Shown: positions 8,762 through 17,164 of the stretch, in pieces
How positions within the stretch are numbered: the stretch's first letter is position 1
Layout of the letters: every line of letters starts with the position of its first letter
Source of the DNA: Erysipelotrichaceae bacterium
Lineage (GTDB): Bacteria; Bacillota_I; Bacilli_A; Erysipelotrichales; Erysipelotrichaceae
Length of the DNA stretch: 32,000 nucleotides
Direction: 5' to 3'
Assembly (NCBI GenBank): GCA_963663995.1
Contig: OY760660.1
Span: forward strand, 660,001-692,000
The notes under the pieces: generated by a model
Seen by the model: only the letters and a program-made list of their open reading frames with translations
The model's database searches: none
Told to the model about the DNA's origin: nothing
Made by a program: the position numbers and the translations under genes

Positions 8762-9888
8762 AATATTGATTCAATACGATTTTTACCTTGTTTTTTCGCT
8801 TTATATAAGCGGATATCAGCTAATTCAATTAATTCATCACGTGTATGTTGATCAAGGCTTGCTAAACCACCACTGATGGTTAAGTGGATATCACCCACTC
8901 TAATGTTCTCAACATTTTCTCTTATTCTTTCAGAGACATTTAGTGCTTGTTGAAGATTAGCACCTGGGAAGATAATCATAAATTCTTCACCACCATGACG
9001 GCCTAATATATCTTGTTCACGTACATTTGAACGAATACAATCAGATACGGCTAATAAGACTTCATCCCCTTTTAGATGACCATACTTGTCATTAATGTTT
9101 TTAAAGTCATCGATATCAATAATCAATAAAGCTAAAGATGATTGCCGTACATTAGCTTCCTTAATACTAAGATCTAATAATCTAAAAACATGGTCATGAT
9201 TAAAGAATTGGGTCATTGAATCTATAACTGCAATATCTTGTAAAAGTTCATTTTCATTTATATGTTTACGAACATTTAACCACAAGAGCATACGATGTCG
9301 ATTATTAACAACACCAAAGTACCAAGCAAAAGATACAAAGAAAATTAGATTAATTATTTCATACAGGATTGTATAGAAATCATAGGTATGTAAAAGCAAA
9401 ATACTTGTTATATTAAGACTTAAACTAATAAAACCAATAATTGCCATTGTTTTTGCAGGTATATGAAACAGAATTGCCGTATATGCAAAGGCGACAATAT
9501 AGAGATGAATATTGATCATGTCATTATAACTAAAGGCATTGAAAGCACTTGTCCCATATAAGAAAGTTAATATTACAAGTAACTGAACAATAAATTGATA
9601 TCGAAATGAAACAGCATAATGATATCGCTGCCAATAATAAATAATAATGGCATACACTGTTGAAAAAACGACAAAGACAACTAGACTTGCTTTTAATAAA
9701 CCATCAAAAAGCGGAAACAATAAAGCTATAAATGCAGAAATAATTGAAACAATTAATATCTTTAACATCTGATTAAGATTACGAATGGTGTATTCTCTTA
9801 AAAAGACATCTAAATATGGAAGTATTTCTTTATGTTCTGCGCTTGGATATAAAAAATTTTCAAAGCTTCTATTAAATTTTTTCCACAT
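8749..9888 (-). CDS. Membrane-bound diguanylate cyclase (6 TM + GGDEF), paralog 3
   Basis: 379 aa. GGEEF is encoded at 8980-8994. The I-site is REQD. Motifs DIDDFKNIND and GHLKGD are present. The N-terminus aligns with the other two paralogs from Met1. Confidence 0.9.
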   Translation of the reverse strand: MWKKFNRSFENFLYPSAEHKEILPYLDVFLREYTIRNLNQMLKILIVSIISAFIALLFPLFDGLLKASLVVFVVFSTVYAIIIYYWQRYHYAVSFRYQFIVQLLVILTFLYGTSAFNAFSYNDMINIHLYIVAFAYTAILFHIPAKTMAIIGFISLSLNITSILLLHTYDFYTILYEIINLIFFVSFAWYFGVVNNRHRMLLWLNVRKHINENELLQDIAVIDSMTQFFNHDHVFRLLDLSIKEANVRQSSLALLIIDIDDFKNINDKYGHLKGDEVLLAVSDCIRSNVREQDILGRHGGEEFMIIFPGANLQQALNVSERIRENVENIRVGDIHLTISGGLASLDQHTRDELIELADIRLYKAKKQGKNRIESILSSN

Positions 9889-10038
9889 GCATAAATAATA
9901 CTACTCAATCGATTTTTTTTAAATTATTTCACATTTTTTAAGTTCATAATTTTAAAGTTTAATCTAATTATCTATTGTATTAGTATAAGCTTGATTAAGC
10001 TTCTTGAAAAAAGAGAATAGATAGTTTTTAATTAATAT

Positions 10039-10236
10039 ATGGAATGGTTTCATGTACTTGGTATTTCTACCGCAACCCTTGCCTTTTTAGCCCTTATCTT
10101 ATTTAAGGGATTTTCTTATTATCAATACTACAAAATCTACAGTAAGAAACGACAAGAAGGTCAACAAAAAATCACTTATAAAGAGTATGAGAAATATCGT
10201 CGTTTAATGGAAGCGCAAATGAAAGACAAAAAATAA
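10039..10236 (+). CDS. Small single-pass membrane protein, hypothetical
   Basis: 65 aa. One N-terminal hydrophobic helix (LGISTATLAFLALILF) is followed by a K/E/Q-rich tail. A strong terminator starts at the stop codon. No SD is present. A TTGAAA-17 nt-TTTAAT promoter-like pair ends 6 nt before the ATG. Confidence 0.45.
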   Translation: MEWFHVLGISTATLAFLALILFKGFSYYQYYKIYSKKRQEGQQKITYKEYEKYRRLMEAQMKDKK

Positions 10237-10260
10237 AGACAATCGCGAGATTGTCTTTTT
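10235..10260. terminator. Bidirectional intrinsic terminator between the small ORF and the lipoprotein gene
   Basis: 10-bp stem AAAGACAATC / GATTGTCTTT with loop GCGA, and a T-run on the plus strand. It sits between convergent gene ends at 10236 and 10267. Confidence 0.8.
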
Positions 10261-10266
10261 ACTTAA

Positions 10267-11181
10267 TTATTCGAAATATATAGTTTGTCCATTAAGCTTA
10301 AAGAGTTCTAAGAAAGCTTCAACAGCATCCTTTGAATCACTGGCGTTTTTAACATCAATGTTTAAGCCATCCCATGCTTTCGCAACAAGTGCCCCACTTG
10401 GAACACCAAGTACTGCAGCTCCAATCGCATCAATAGGCGCAACGACTACATCCATTGCATTCTCATCTGCACTACTCACAAAGTCTTGCATTGCTGCAAA
10501 TCGAACTTCTATTTGAGCTAATTGATCTTCTGATAAATCTGCTTTAACAAATAGACCAGCTTGTGGGAAGTTTTCATAGCCAGTTTTTGCTAACCAGGCA
10601 GCTTGTACATCTTCAATTACTTGTAGATTGATACCATTTTCTTGTGCTTTAACTAAAGTCGCTGTGACTAATGGTTCAGCCAGTAAACCTAAGTTGTATT
10701 GACCAGTCAATAACTGCGCTTGAACATCCGCTACAGCATTGAAGAATTCACCACTATACGCAGGATTAGCTGCATATAAAGTGTTATAAACAATTCCAGG
10801 AACGGCTTTATCACCAAATAAGGCAAGCGGTTCTGCTTCTTCCGCTACCATATCTGGATTACCAACAAGGTATAAATTACCCCAAGTTAATACAGCATAT
10901 AGTTTGTATGTTTCATTTCCCTTTGAATAAAGCATCGCCCCTAAATTAACTGGCGCAACAATAACGTCATATTCCCCTTTAACAAGTTCTGCACTGAGTA
11001 AATCTGCGCCATCAACGAAGTCGATCGCATCAACATCAGATTCTACTAAAGGAATTAATGCAACGGCTGGTGCACCTTTAGGTGACAATATACTTAAACT
11101 ATTCCATTCAAGTGGTTGTGTACTTGTACAGCCACTTAATAATAAGCCCACTAATAAAACTAAACTAAGAATTCTCTTCAT
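10267..11181 (-). CDS. Lipoprotein resembling a type-2 periplasmic solute-binding protein (orphan; no permease or ATPase nearby)
   Basis: 304 aa. Signal peptide with lipobox LLSGC. The mature part is a soluble A/L/V/G-rich alpha/beta-type sequence. The ATG (11179-11181) directly abuts the thrS stop (11182-11184), and its SD AGGAGA lies inside the thrS 3' end. The fold and family assignment come only from overall sequence character. Confidence 0.5.
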   Translation of the reverse strand: MKRILSLVLLVGLLLSGCTSTQPLEWNSLSILSPKGAPAVALIPLVESDVDAIDFVDGADLLSAELVKGEYDVIVAPVNLGAMLYSKGNETYKLYAVLTWGNLYLVGNPDMVAEEAEPLALFGDKAVPGIVYNTLYAANPAYSGEFFNAVADVQAQLLTGQYNLGLLAEPLVTATLVKAQENGINLQVIEDVQAAWLAKTGYENFPQAGLFVKADLSEDQLAQIEVRFAAMQDFVSSADENAMDVVVAPIDAIGAAVLGVPSGALVAKAWDGLNIDVKNASDSKDAVEAFLELFKLNGQTIYFE

Positions 11182-12912
11182 TTAACGTTTCTCCTTGACT
11201 TCACTTGTTAATAATATCACAAGTTCTTCCACTGTCAAGGTTTCACTATCCTTTTGTCCATATTTTCTAACATTTACTGAGTTTGATTCTAGCTCACCAT
11301 CCCCAACAACCAGTTGGTATGGGATTTTCTTCATTTGTGCTTCGCGTAAACGATAACCTAATTTCTCATTACGATCATCTAAGCTTGCTCGTAAGCCTAA
11401 AGCTTGCAGTTTTTCTAATAGATTTTTTGAGTATTCATTATGGAATTCTGCATTAACGGGTAAGATGACCACTTGTTTAGGTGCTAACCAAAGTGGGAAG
11501 GCACCAGCATAGTGTTCAATTAAGATACCAATAAAACGTTCAACTGAACCAAAGACAACACGGTGTAACATAACCGGTCTTTGTTTACTTCCATCAGCCG
11601 CAATATAAGTCATATCGAAGCGTTCTGGTAAGTTCATATCGAGTTGAATCGTTCCACATTGCCATTCACGACCAATACTATCTTTTAGATGGAAATCTAG
11701 TTTTGGACCATAGAATGCGCCGTCTCCAGGATTGATTTTAATATCTTTGCCTGCTTTTTTAACCGCTTTTTCTAAGGCTCTTTCCGATTCATCCCAAACT
11801 TCGATAGAACCAATGAATTTTTCTTCAGGACGAGTAGAGAGTTCAATTGAATAAGTTAAACCAAAAAGTTTATAGAAACGATCAAAGAGATCAATCATCC
11901 GTACGATTTCATCTTCAATTTGATCTTGTGTCATATAAAGATGGGCATCATCTTGGGTAAAGGCACGAACTCTAAATAAGCCATTTAAAGCGCCACTGGC
12001 TTCATGACGATGAACTAAGCCTAATTCACCAACACGCAGTGGAAAGTCTTTATAAGAGTGCAAATTGTGTTTATAGGCTAAGATACCACCTGGACAATTC
12101 ATTGGTTTAATCGCAAAGTGACGATCATCAATTTCTGATGTATACATGTTTTCACGATAGTTATACCAGTGCCCTGAGATTTCCCATAATTCTTGAGATA
12201 ACATCGTTGGTGTTTTAATGAATTGATAACCTTCTTTAGTATGTTCTTCATACCAGTAATTCTCTAAAATATTACGAAGAATCATGCCATCAGGTAGCCA
12301 GAATGGGAAACCTGGACCATATTCACTCATCATAAAGAGATCTAACTCTCTTCCAAGTTTTTTATGATCACGTTTTTTTGCTTCTTCTAACATATACATG
12401 TGTTCATCTAAGGCTTCAGGTGTATCAAAACAAACCCCATAAACACGTTGTAACATTTTGTTAGAGGCATCACCCTTCCAATACGCACCAGACACTTTTA
12501 ATAACTTAAAGTTTTTAAGTTCTTTTGTTGTATTCGCATGAGGTCCACGACATAAATCTTCAAACTCATCTTGTTTGTAAGTTGAAATAACAACCCCATC
12601 CATGTTTGAGATTAAATCAATTTTATAAGGATCATCCTTAAATTTCTCTAAAGCTTCTTCTTTAGATAATTCATTACGAACAATACGTTTATCACTTTTC
12701 GCAATCTTCTTCATTTCTTTTTCAATGGCAGGAAGATCGGCTTCAGATAAAACAATATCCCCTAAATCCATATCATAATAGAAACCTTCTGTAATAACAG
12801 GTCCTACCCAGAATTGGGCTTCTGGATACAAACGTTTTACTGCTTGTGCCATCATGTGAGCACATGAGTGATTAATCACCGATAGTCTTTCATCTTCTTT
12901 AATGTTGATCAT
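11182..12912 (-). CDS. thrS: Threonine--tRNA ligase lacking the N-terminal TGS domain
   Basis: 576 aa. The editing-domain motif HSCAH is at residues 15-19, where Bacillus-type ThrRS has it near residue 75. Class II core motifs include FRVRAFTQDDAH and GTIQLD. The C-terminal anticodon-binding domain is present. SD GGAGGA lies 8 nt before the ATG. Confidence 0.95.
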   Translation of the reverse strand: MINIKEDERLSVINHSCAHMMAQAVKRLYPEAQFWVGPVITEGFYYDMDLGDIVLSEADLPAIEKEMKKIAKSDKRIVRNELSKEEALEKFKDDPYKIDLISNMDGVVISTYKQDEFEDLCRGPHANTTKELKNFKLLKVSGAYWKGDASNKMLQRVYGVCFDTPEALDEHMYMLEEAKKRDHKKLGRELDLFMMSEYGPGFPFWLPDGMILRNILENYWYEEHTKEGYQFIKTPTMLSQELWEISGHWYNYRENMYTSEIDDRHFAIKPMNCPGGILAYKHNLHSYKDFPLRVGELGLVHRHEASGALNGLFRVRAFTQDDAHLYMTQDQIEDEIVRMIDLFDRFYKLFGLTYSIELSTRPEEKFIGSIEVWDESERALEKAVKKAGKDIKINPGDGAFYGPKLDFHLKDSIGREWQCGTIQLDMNLPERFDMTYIAADGSKQRPVMLHRVVFGSVERFIGILIEHYAGAFPLWLAPKQVVILPVNAEFHNEYSKNLLEKLQALGLRASLDDRNEKLGYRLREAQMKKIPYQLVVGDGELESNSVNVRKYGQKDSETLTVEELVILLTSEVKEKR

Positions 12913-12931
12913 TTACTTGTTCCTCCTAAGT

Positions 12932-13148
12932 AAAATATAAAAGCACCTCATCCAAAGGACGAAGTGCTCGTGGTACCACCTTAATTTGTAAGCACACTGC
13001 CTACCTCAAATCCTTAACGCAGATTCACGGAAACTTTTCGAAGTTTCTCCCCTAAAGTGGTAATTTAAATGACTGTGTGAAAGCTCACACCAAACGCTTT
13101 CTCTCTAGAAACACAACTCAATTAAACCATGTCTTTAGCATTGGTTAT
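12932..13148 (-). promoter_or_regulatory. T-box riboswitch leader, threonine-specific (ACC specifier)
   Basis: The minus strand contains an AGAGA box (TTCTAGAGAGAAAGCG) and the distal-loop element GGTGTGAGC. The specifier region AAATTACCA has ACC at 13061-13059. The F-box-like sequence CTGCGTTAAGGA and the T-box AATTAAGGTGGTACCACG (12985-12968) follow. The terminator is AGCACTTCGTCCTTTGGATGAGGTGCTTTTATATTTT. Confidence 0.85.
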
Positions 13149-13154
13149 GTAGGT

Positions 13155-13184
13155 AGTTTAATGCAAGTTGATTATTAAAGTCAA
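13155..13184 (-). promoter_or_regulatory. Promoter of the thrS T-box leader (TTGACT-18 nt-TAAACT)
   Basis: -35 TTGACT at 13184-13179 and -10 TAAACT at 13160-13155 on the minus strand, directly upstream of T-box stem I. Confidence 0.55.
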
Positions 13185-13209
13185 GTAAGAGTCTTCAATT
13201 ATTGATGGC

Positions 13210-13803
13210 TTATTTTTGTTTACGCCAAACAAAGGTATGAATCAATTTTAATATGCCATAGATCGCTGCCATGGCGATCGCCACAATTCTGTTTTGTGGG
13301 GTTGAAGCATTCACAATGAGATGTACAAACATTAAGACATAAGATACATAAGCAAAGCGTTGAAGTTTTTTCCAGTTTTGTGGTGTCATTTTCTTTCGAA
13401 CACTGATATAAGATGTAATCCATAGTGGAATCATCACCACATAGGAAATCACACCATACCAAGGAATATCACGAACACCTGTTAAAATTTCACTTGTATA
13501 GAAAATTGGATGAGCTGTTAAGAGGACAAAACCTAAAATACTGTACATCCCTCTTACACTCATTAAACGTTTAGTGAGTGTCCACTTAGGGGGCAGTGCA
13601 CCGCTAATGGCAACCACGAAGAATAAGGCATAACCAATGAAGCCTTTGACAAAGGGTGCCATAAATGGCGCATTTCTCAAAATAATTTCAAGAGCGAGCA
13701 CGCCCCAAACACCATAAGTTAAAATTTTACGGTATTTAAGAATTTTTGGCGCAAAGAAGTAAGCTAAAATCATAAACAAAATTGCAAATATCGGAGACAA
13801 CAT
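13210..13803 (-). CDS. Six-TM membrane protein, tentatively ferric-reductase-like / MsrQ-like transmembrane domain
   Basis: 197 aa with ~6 hydrophobic helices. WKKLQRFAYVSYVLMFVHL resembles the W-x-x-L-H-R...H segment of MsrQ/YedZ-type haem-binding domains, but has Q in place of the first His. The start is 3 nt after the MMPL stop, indicating the same operon. Confidence 0.35.
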   Translation of the reverse strand: MLSPIFAILFMILAYFFAPKILKYRKILTYGVWGVLALEIILRNAPFMAPFVKGFIGYALFFVVAISGALPPKWTLTKRLMSVRGMYSILGFVLLTAHPIFYTSEILTGVRDIPWYGVISYVVMIPLWITSYISVRKKMTPQNWKKLQRFAYVSYVLMFVHLIVNASTPQNRIVAIAMAAIYGILKLIHTFVWRKQK

Positions 13804-13806
13804 AAA

Positions 13807-16620
13807 CTAATTTCCTCTCTTTTCCCTAAGTTTTTTAGGGATCAAAACATTATCAAATAAAACAATCAGTGGTGGTAATACTAAGAAGGTAGAAAGTAGT
13901 GCTAAGCTAATATTCACCACTGTCATAATCCCGAAATCTTGTAGAATTACGAAATCTGACATGAGCAATACCGCAAATCCACCCACGGTTGTAAGTCCTG
14001 AAGCTAAGACCGCTTTCCCAATCTTTTGAATCGACACAATCATCGCTTCTGTTTTATCAAAACCTAGACATCTTTCTTCTAAATAACGTTCCATCACCAT
14101 GACTGTCATTTCTGTTCCCATCCCTAGAATCAAAGCACCCAGTGTTGCGGTAATCGGGGTAAAGGCAATGTTGAAACTATACATAAAGAGTGATGAGAAA
14201 CCAATGATTATCGATACAGGAATAATCGGGACAATCGCTTTAAAGAGATTTCGATAGATAAGAAGTAGAGCAGCAAAGACTAAAGCTAGACCAATTAAAG
14301 TCATTTCAATGCGTCCTGAGGTTAAACCATCTACCATGACCACATCTAAGACTGATTTCCCAGTGAGTGTATATGCAAAGGGTGCAGCTGATAGAAGTCG
14401 ATCAATGTCATCAACTAAATCACTCATATCTTCAATCGCTAAGTGTCCTACCGAAATCAGCATGACAGCTTGATTATTTTCAGAGACAAAGAGTTTTCTT
14501 TGATTCTCAGGTAAGTTTAGGATTTGTTCTTGAATATCATCAGCATTTAGATCAATTTCGCTATCCATATTTTTTAAGATAGAAGTAATCGATTGCACAT
14601 CACTAATTTCATCAGGGAAATGATTTTCTAAAAGCCTTTCAATTTCATCTAAATAAATGAGATTTTCAGGTGCTAAGATATCATCGTCTTGAATATAGAT
14701 CGCAATTTGATCGGTACTTGATAGCGCATCACGTATCAAATGAATATCTTCTAATTCTTTTAAATCTTGAGGCATAAAAGTCTCAATATCTGTTTCAACA
14801 GCTATCTTCGAATCAACTGAGAAACCATATGCCGCAATGCCACTTACAAGCACAAGAATGATTAGACCAAGTTTTAATGTCCACTTGGTCCAAAATGCGA
14901 AGAAGCGCTCTAAGTGACCTTGCTTTGTTTCAGTGGATTGTGTTTGCACTTTCGTTTCATGATGCTGAGAAGCTCTTAAAATAGGCATTAAGATAAACAT
15001 GGCTGCCAAGAAACTTATCACAACCCCTATCGTCAACATCTTCCCAAAATCTTGAATCATAGGAACTGATGACGCGTACAAGGAAATGAAACCAAGCATG
15101 GTCGCAATGACTGCCACCGCTACAGCTGGGGCAATATTGATCATGGCTTCTTTCACATTTTGGTTTTCTTGAAAACGGTTATGGAATTGAATCGAATAAT
15201 CAATCCCTAAACCGATTAGAATTGGGAAGACCGCCATCGACACCATCGTTACCGGTACATCAATCCATGACATAAAGCCTAAAGTAGCCAGTACCGCAAT
15301 AAATATCGTAAGAAGTGAGAGGAGTCTCCATTTTACTTTAAACACAAGCAATAAGATAAGTAACATCAAACCAATAGCCATACCAACCATAGCCTGCATA
15401 CTACTTTTCATTTCAGTTTTCAAAGCAGAATCTAAAATAGATTTTCCTGAAACAGTTATATTTATTTCATCTGTTTTTAAATCCAGCAATAAAGAAGCTA
15501 TGCTTTGGGATATTTCATCTTTATCCCCATCACTTAAATTTCCTTCTAATTTAACTACCATCATCATTTGATGATCAGAAATCAAAATGTCATCAAACAA
15601 AGACCGAAGTTCTGTATCTTCATATAAAAGTAAATCTATTTCATCTTGACTTGCAGGAATTCGTGCTTCCATCATTCCCGACTTATCATGAAACATACTT
15701 AAGGCATCTGAGATATCGCTTAGTTTTCCACCCATCTCAATAAAACCATCAGCCATTTTTAATAAATCATCTTTACTTAAGGCAGAGGATAAATCCCCTT
15801 TCATATCACTTAATTTAGTGCTTAAGTTATCTTCAATCGATCCTAAAGCCGTCGCTGTATTAGAAGTACCTGTTTGAATACTTTGGGTATTTGTACCCAT
15901 CGTATCTAAACCTACAGATGTCGTATTTAAATTTGTCGCAATGGTTAACAATTGTGTTTTTAATGGATCTTGTAAGGTATTTGCTAATTGACTTAGTTGT
16001 AATGCGACTGTCCCAATCCCATCCGATGTTTGGTATAAGGCAAGCTCTAGCGTATGAACACCTTCTGTTAAAGCATTTTGACCTGCTTGAAGTTCTGTAA
16101 ATTTTAAAGAGATATCTTCAAGCGCACTTAATTCAGCTAACATTTCTTCAGGATCTTTAATGTCTTTAGCCTTAAGTTCTTCACCTAAATCAATCATGGT
16201 AGAACTCATCATACTTAAGCCATCAGATAGTTCAGCTAAGTTATCAATAATCATCGCTGCTTGTTTGCTTGTCATTTCATGAAGAATAGAAGTGAGTGAT
16301 AAAACAGAAAAGACATGATCTGTTTCTTCAATGCGTGTTTGTATATCATACAAATCATTTAAGAAAACAGGTTCTAATAAAGGCTCAAGATTTTCAGCTT
16401 CGAACAATATTAATACTGCATCTCCCCCAAAATTAGCTTCCATTTCAACATTGGCAATATAAACAGGATTATCACTTTGAACTAAAGTGTCATTTCCTGT
16501 GGCTAAGCGCAGCTGCGTTGCCCCAACTACCATTGCGAGCACTATTAATAAAGTTATAAATAGTGTTTTAAAAGGTCTTCTATCCACGATAGAAGCTAAG
16601 AAATTAATAATATTATTCAT
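13807..16620 (-). CDS. MMPL/RND-superfamily membrane transporter with a long coiled-coil insertion in the first extracytoplasmic loop
   Basis: 937 aa. Two 6-TM bundles (about residues 405-560 and 760-920) each follow a large loop. Loop 1 contains a ~200-aa low-complexity, heptad-like L/S/T/D/G-rich segment (encoded ~15631-16263) reminiscent of YhgE/Pip-type repeats. The gene starts 3 nt after the TetR stop. Confidence 0.8.
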   Translation of the reverse strand: MNNIINFLASIVDRRPFKTLFITLLIVLAMVVGATQLRLATGNDTLVQSDNPVYIANVEMEANFGGDAVLILFEAENLEPLLEPVFLNDLYDIQTRIEETDHVFSVLSLTSILHEMTSKQAAMIIDNLAELSDGLSMMSSTMIDLGEELKAKDIKDPEEMLAELSALEDISLKFTELQAGQNALTEGVHTLELALYQTSDGIGTVALQLSQLANTLQDPLKTQLLTIATNLNTTSVGLDTMGTNTQSIQTGTSNTATALGSIEDNLSTKLSDMKGDLSSALSKDDLLKMADGFIEMGGKLSDISDALSMFHDKSGMMEARIPASQDEIDLLLYEDTELRSLFDDILISDHQMMMVVKLEGNLSDGDKDEISQSIASLLLDLKTDEINITVSGKSILDSALKTEMKSSMQAMVGMAIGLMLLILLLVFKVKWRLLSLLTIFIAVLATLGFMSWIDVPVTMVSMAVFPILIGLGIDYSIQFHNRFQENQNVKEAMINIAPAVAVAVIATMLGFISLYASSVPMIQDFGKMLTIGVVISFLAAMFILMPILRASQHHETKVQTQSTETKQGHLERFFAFWTKWTLKLGLIILVLVSGIAAYGFSVDSKIAVETDIETFMPQDLKELEDIHLIRDALSSTDQIAIYIQDDDILAPENLIYLDEIERLLENHFPDEISDVQSITSILKNMDSEIDLNADDIQEQILNLPENQRKLFVSENNQAVMLISVGHLAIEDMSDLVDDIDRLLSAAPFAYTLTGKSVLDVVMVDGLTSGRIEMTLIGLALVFAALLLIYRNLFKAIVPIIPVSIIIGFSSLFMYSFNIAFTPITATLGALILGMGTEMTVMVMERYLEERCLGFDKTEAMIVSIQKIGKAVLASGLTTVGGFAVLLMSDFVILQDFGIMTVVNISLALLSTFLVLPPLIVLFDNVLIPKKLREKRGN

Positions 16621-16623
16621 TTA

Positions 16624-17148
16624 TTAAACCAATAATTCCGCTACAACATAATCGATGTAGTCTTCAATATTCTTAAGTTTAATTTCTGGATGATATAAAT
16701 AGGATAGAAACATACCCATTAAAATACGTTGTTTAAGTTCTATTTTTTCTTTTACGCCATAAGAGAATAAAAGTTTTTGAAGAGATTTCACCATCTCTTC
16801 AATCACATTTGTATATTCTTTCAACAACATTTGTTCATTCAGTATGAGTTTAATCACTAAGTGATGTTTATTAATATATTGAACACGTTGAATTAGCGCA
16901 GCTCTTAGAGTTTCTATAAACTTTTCATGATTCGCATCCAACTTCAACATTTCTAATGATTCTTCAATCACTGGCTTAACACTCAACATAAAGATTTCAT
17001 CTTTCGATTTAAAATATCTAAACAATGTTACTTCAGAGATATTCGCTTGTTTAGCAATCTCTGCAGTAGTTGTTCCTTTATAGCCTTTTTCAATAAAGAC
17101 ATTTAATGCAGCCTCTAATAATTCACTTTGACGTTCTTCTTTATTCAT
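16624..17148 (-). CDS. TetR/AcrR-family transcriptional regulator
   Basis: HTH segment TTTAEIAKQANISEVTLFRYFKSKDEI. The ORF track starts at 17160, but that ATG overlaps the SD. I prefer ATG 17148 (MNKEERQ...), which has GGAG at 17158-17155. Confidence 0.85.
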   Translation of the reverse strand: MNKEERQSELLEAALNVFIEKGYKGTTTAEIAKQANISEVTLFRYFKSKDEIFMLSVKPVIEESLEMLKLDANHEKFIETLRAALIQRVQYINKHHLVIKLILNEQMLLKEYTNVIEEMVKSLQKLLFSYGVKEKIELKQRILMGMFLSYLYHPEIKLKNIEDYIDYVVAELLV

Positions 17149-17164
17149 ATTTCGCTCCAAATGT

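Noticed and set aside
6348-9888. Possibility that the three GGDEF proteins are Hypr-type cyclases making cGAMP or c-di-AMP-like products, or degenerate receptor-only domains.
   Set aside because: All three keep the guanine-specifying Asn (FKxxND) and Asp (GHxxGD) and an intact GGEEF. In Hypr variants the Asp is replaced by Ser. Canonical c-di-GMP synthesis is the parsimonious call.
9987-10002. AAGCTT-GATT-AAGCTT, two HindIII-type palindromes 4 nt apart just upstream of the small-ORF promoter.
   Set aside because: It is only 6 bp per arm in a 150-bp spacer. It could be a minor operator or hairpin, but it is too short to separate from chance and nothing in the context supports it.
5029-10038. 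c-di-GMP (GEMM-type) riboswitch near the GGDEF array or the nuclease gene.
   Set aside because: The intergenic spacers here are only ~70-150 bp, are very AT-rich, and lack the conserved GC-rich GEMM cores (ACGCAAAGC-type elements).
13220-13462. 80-aa minus-strand ORF in an alternate frame of the 197-aa membrane protein gene.
   Set aside because: It is fully nested in a longer same-strand ORF that shows coherent TM-helix periodicity. The nested product is Cys-rich and looks like noise.
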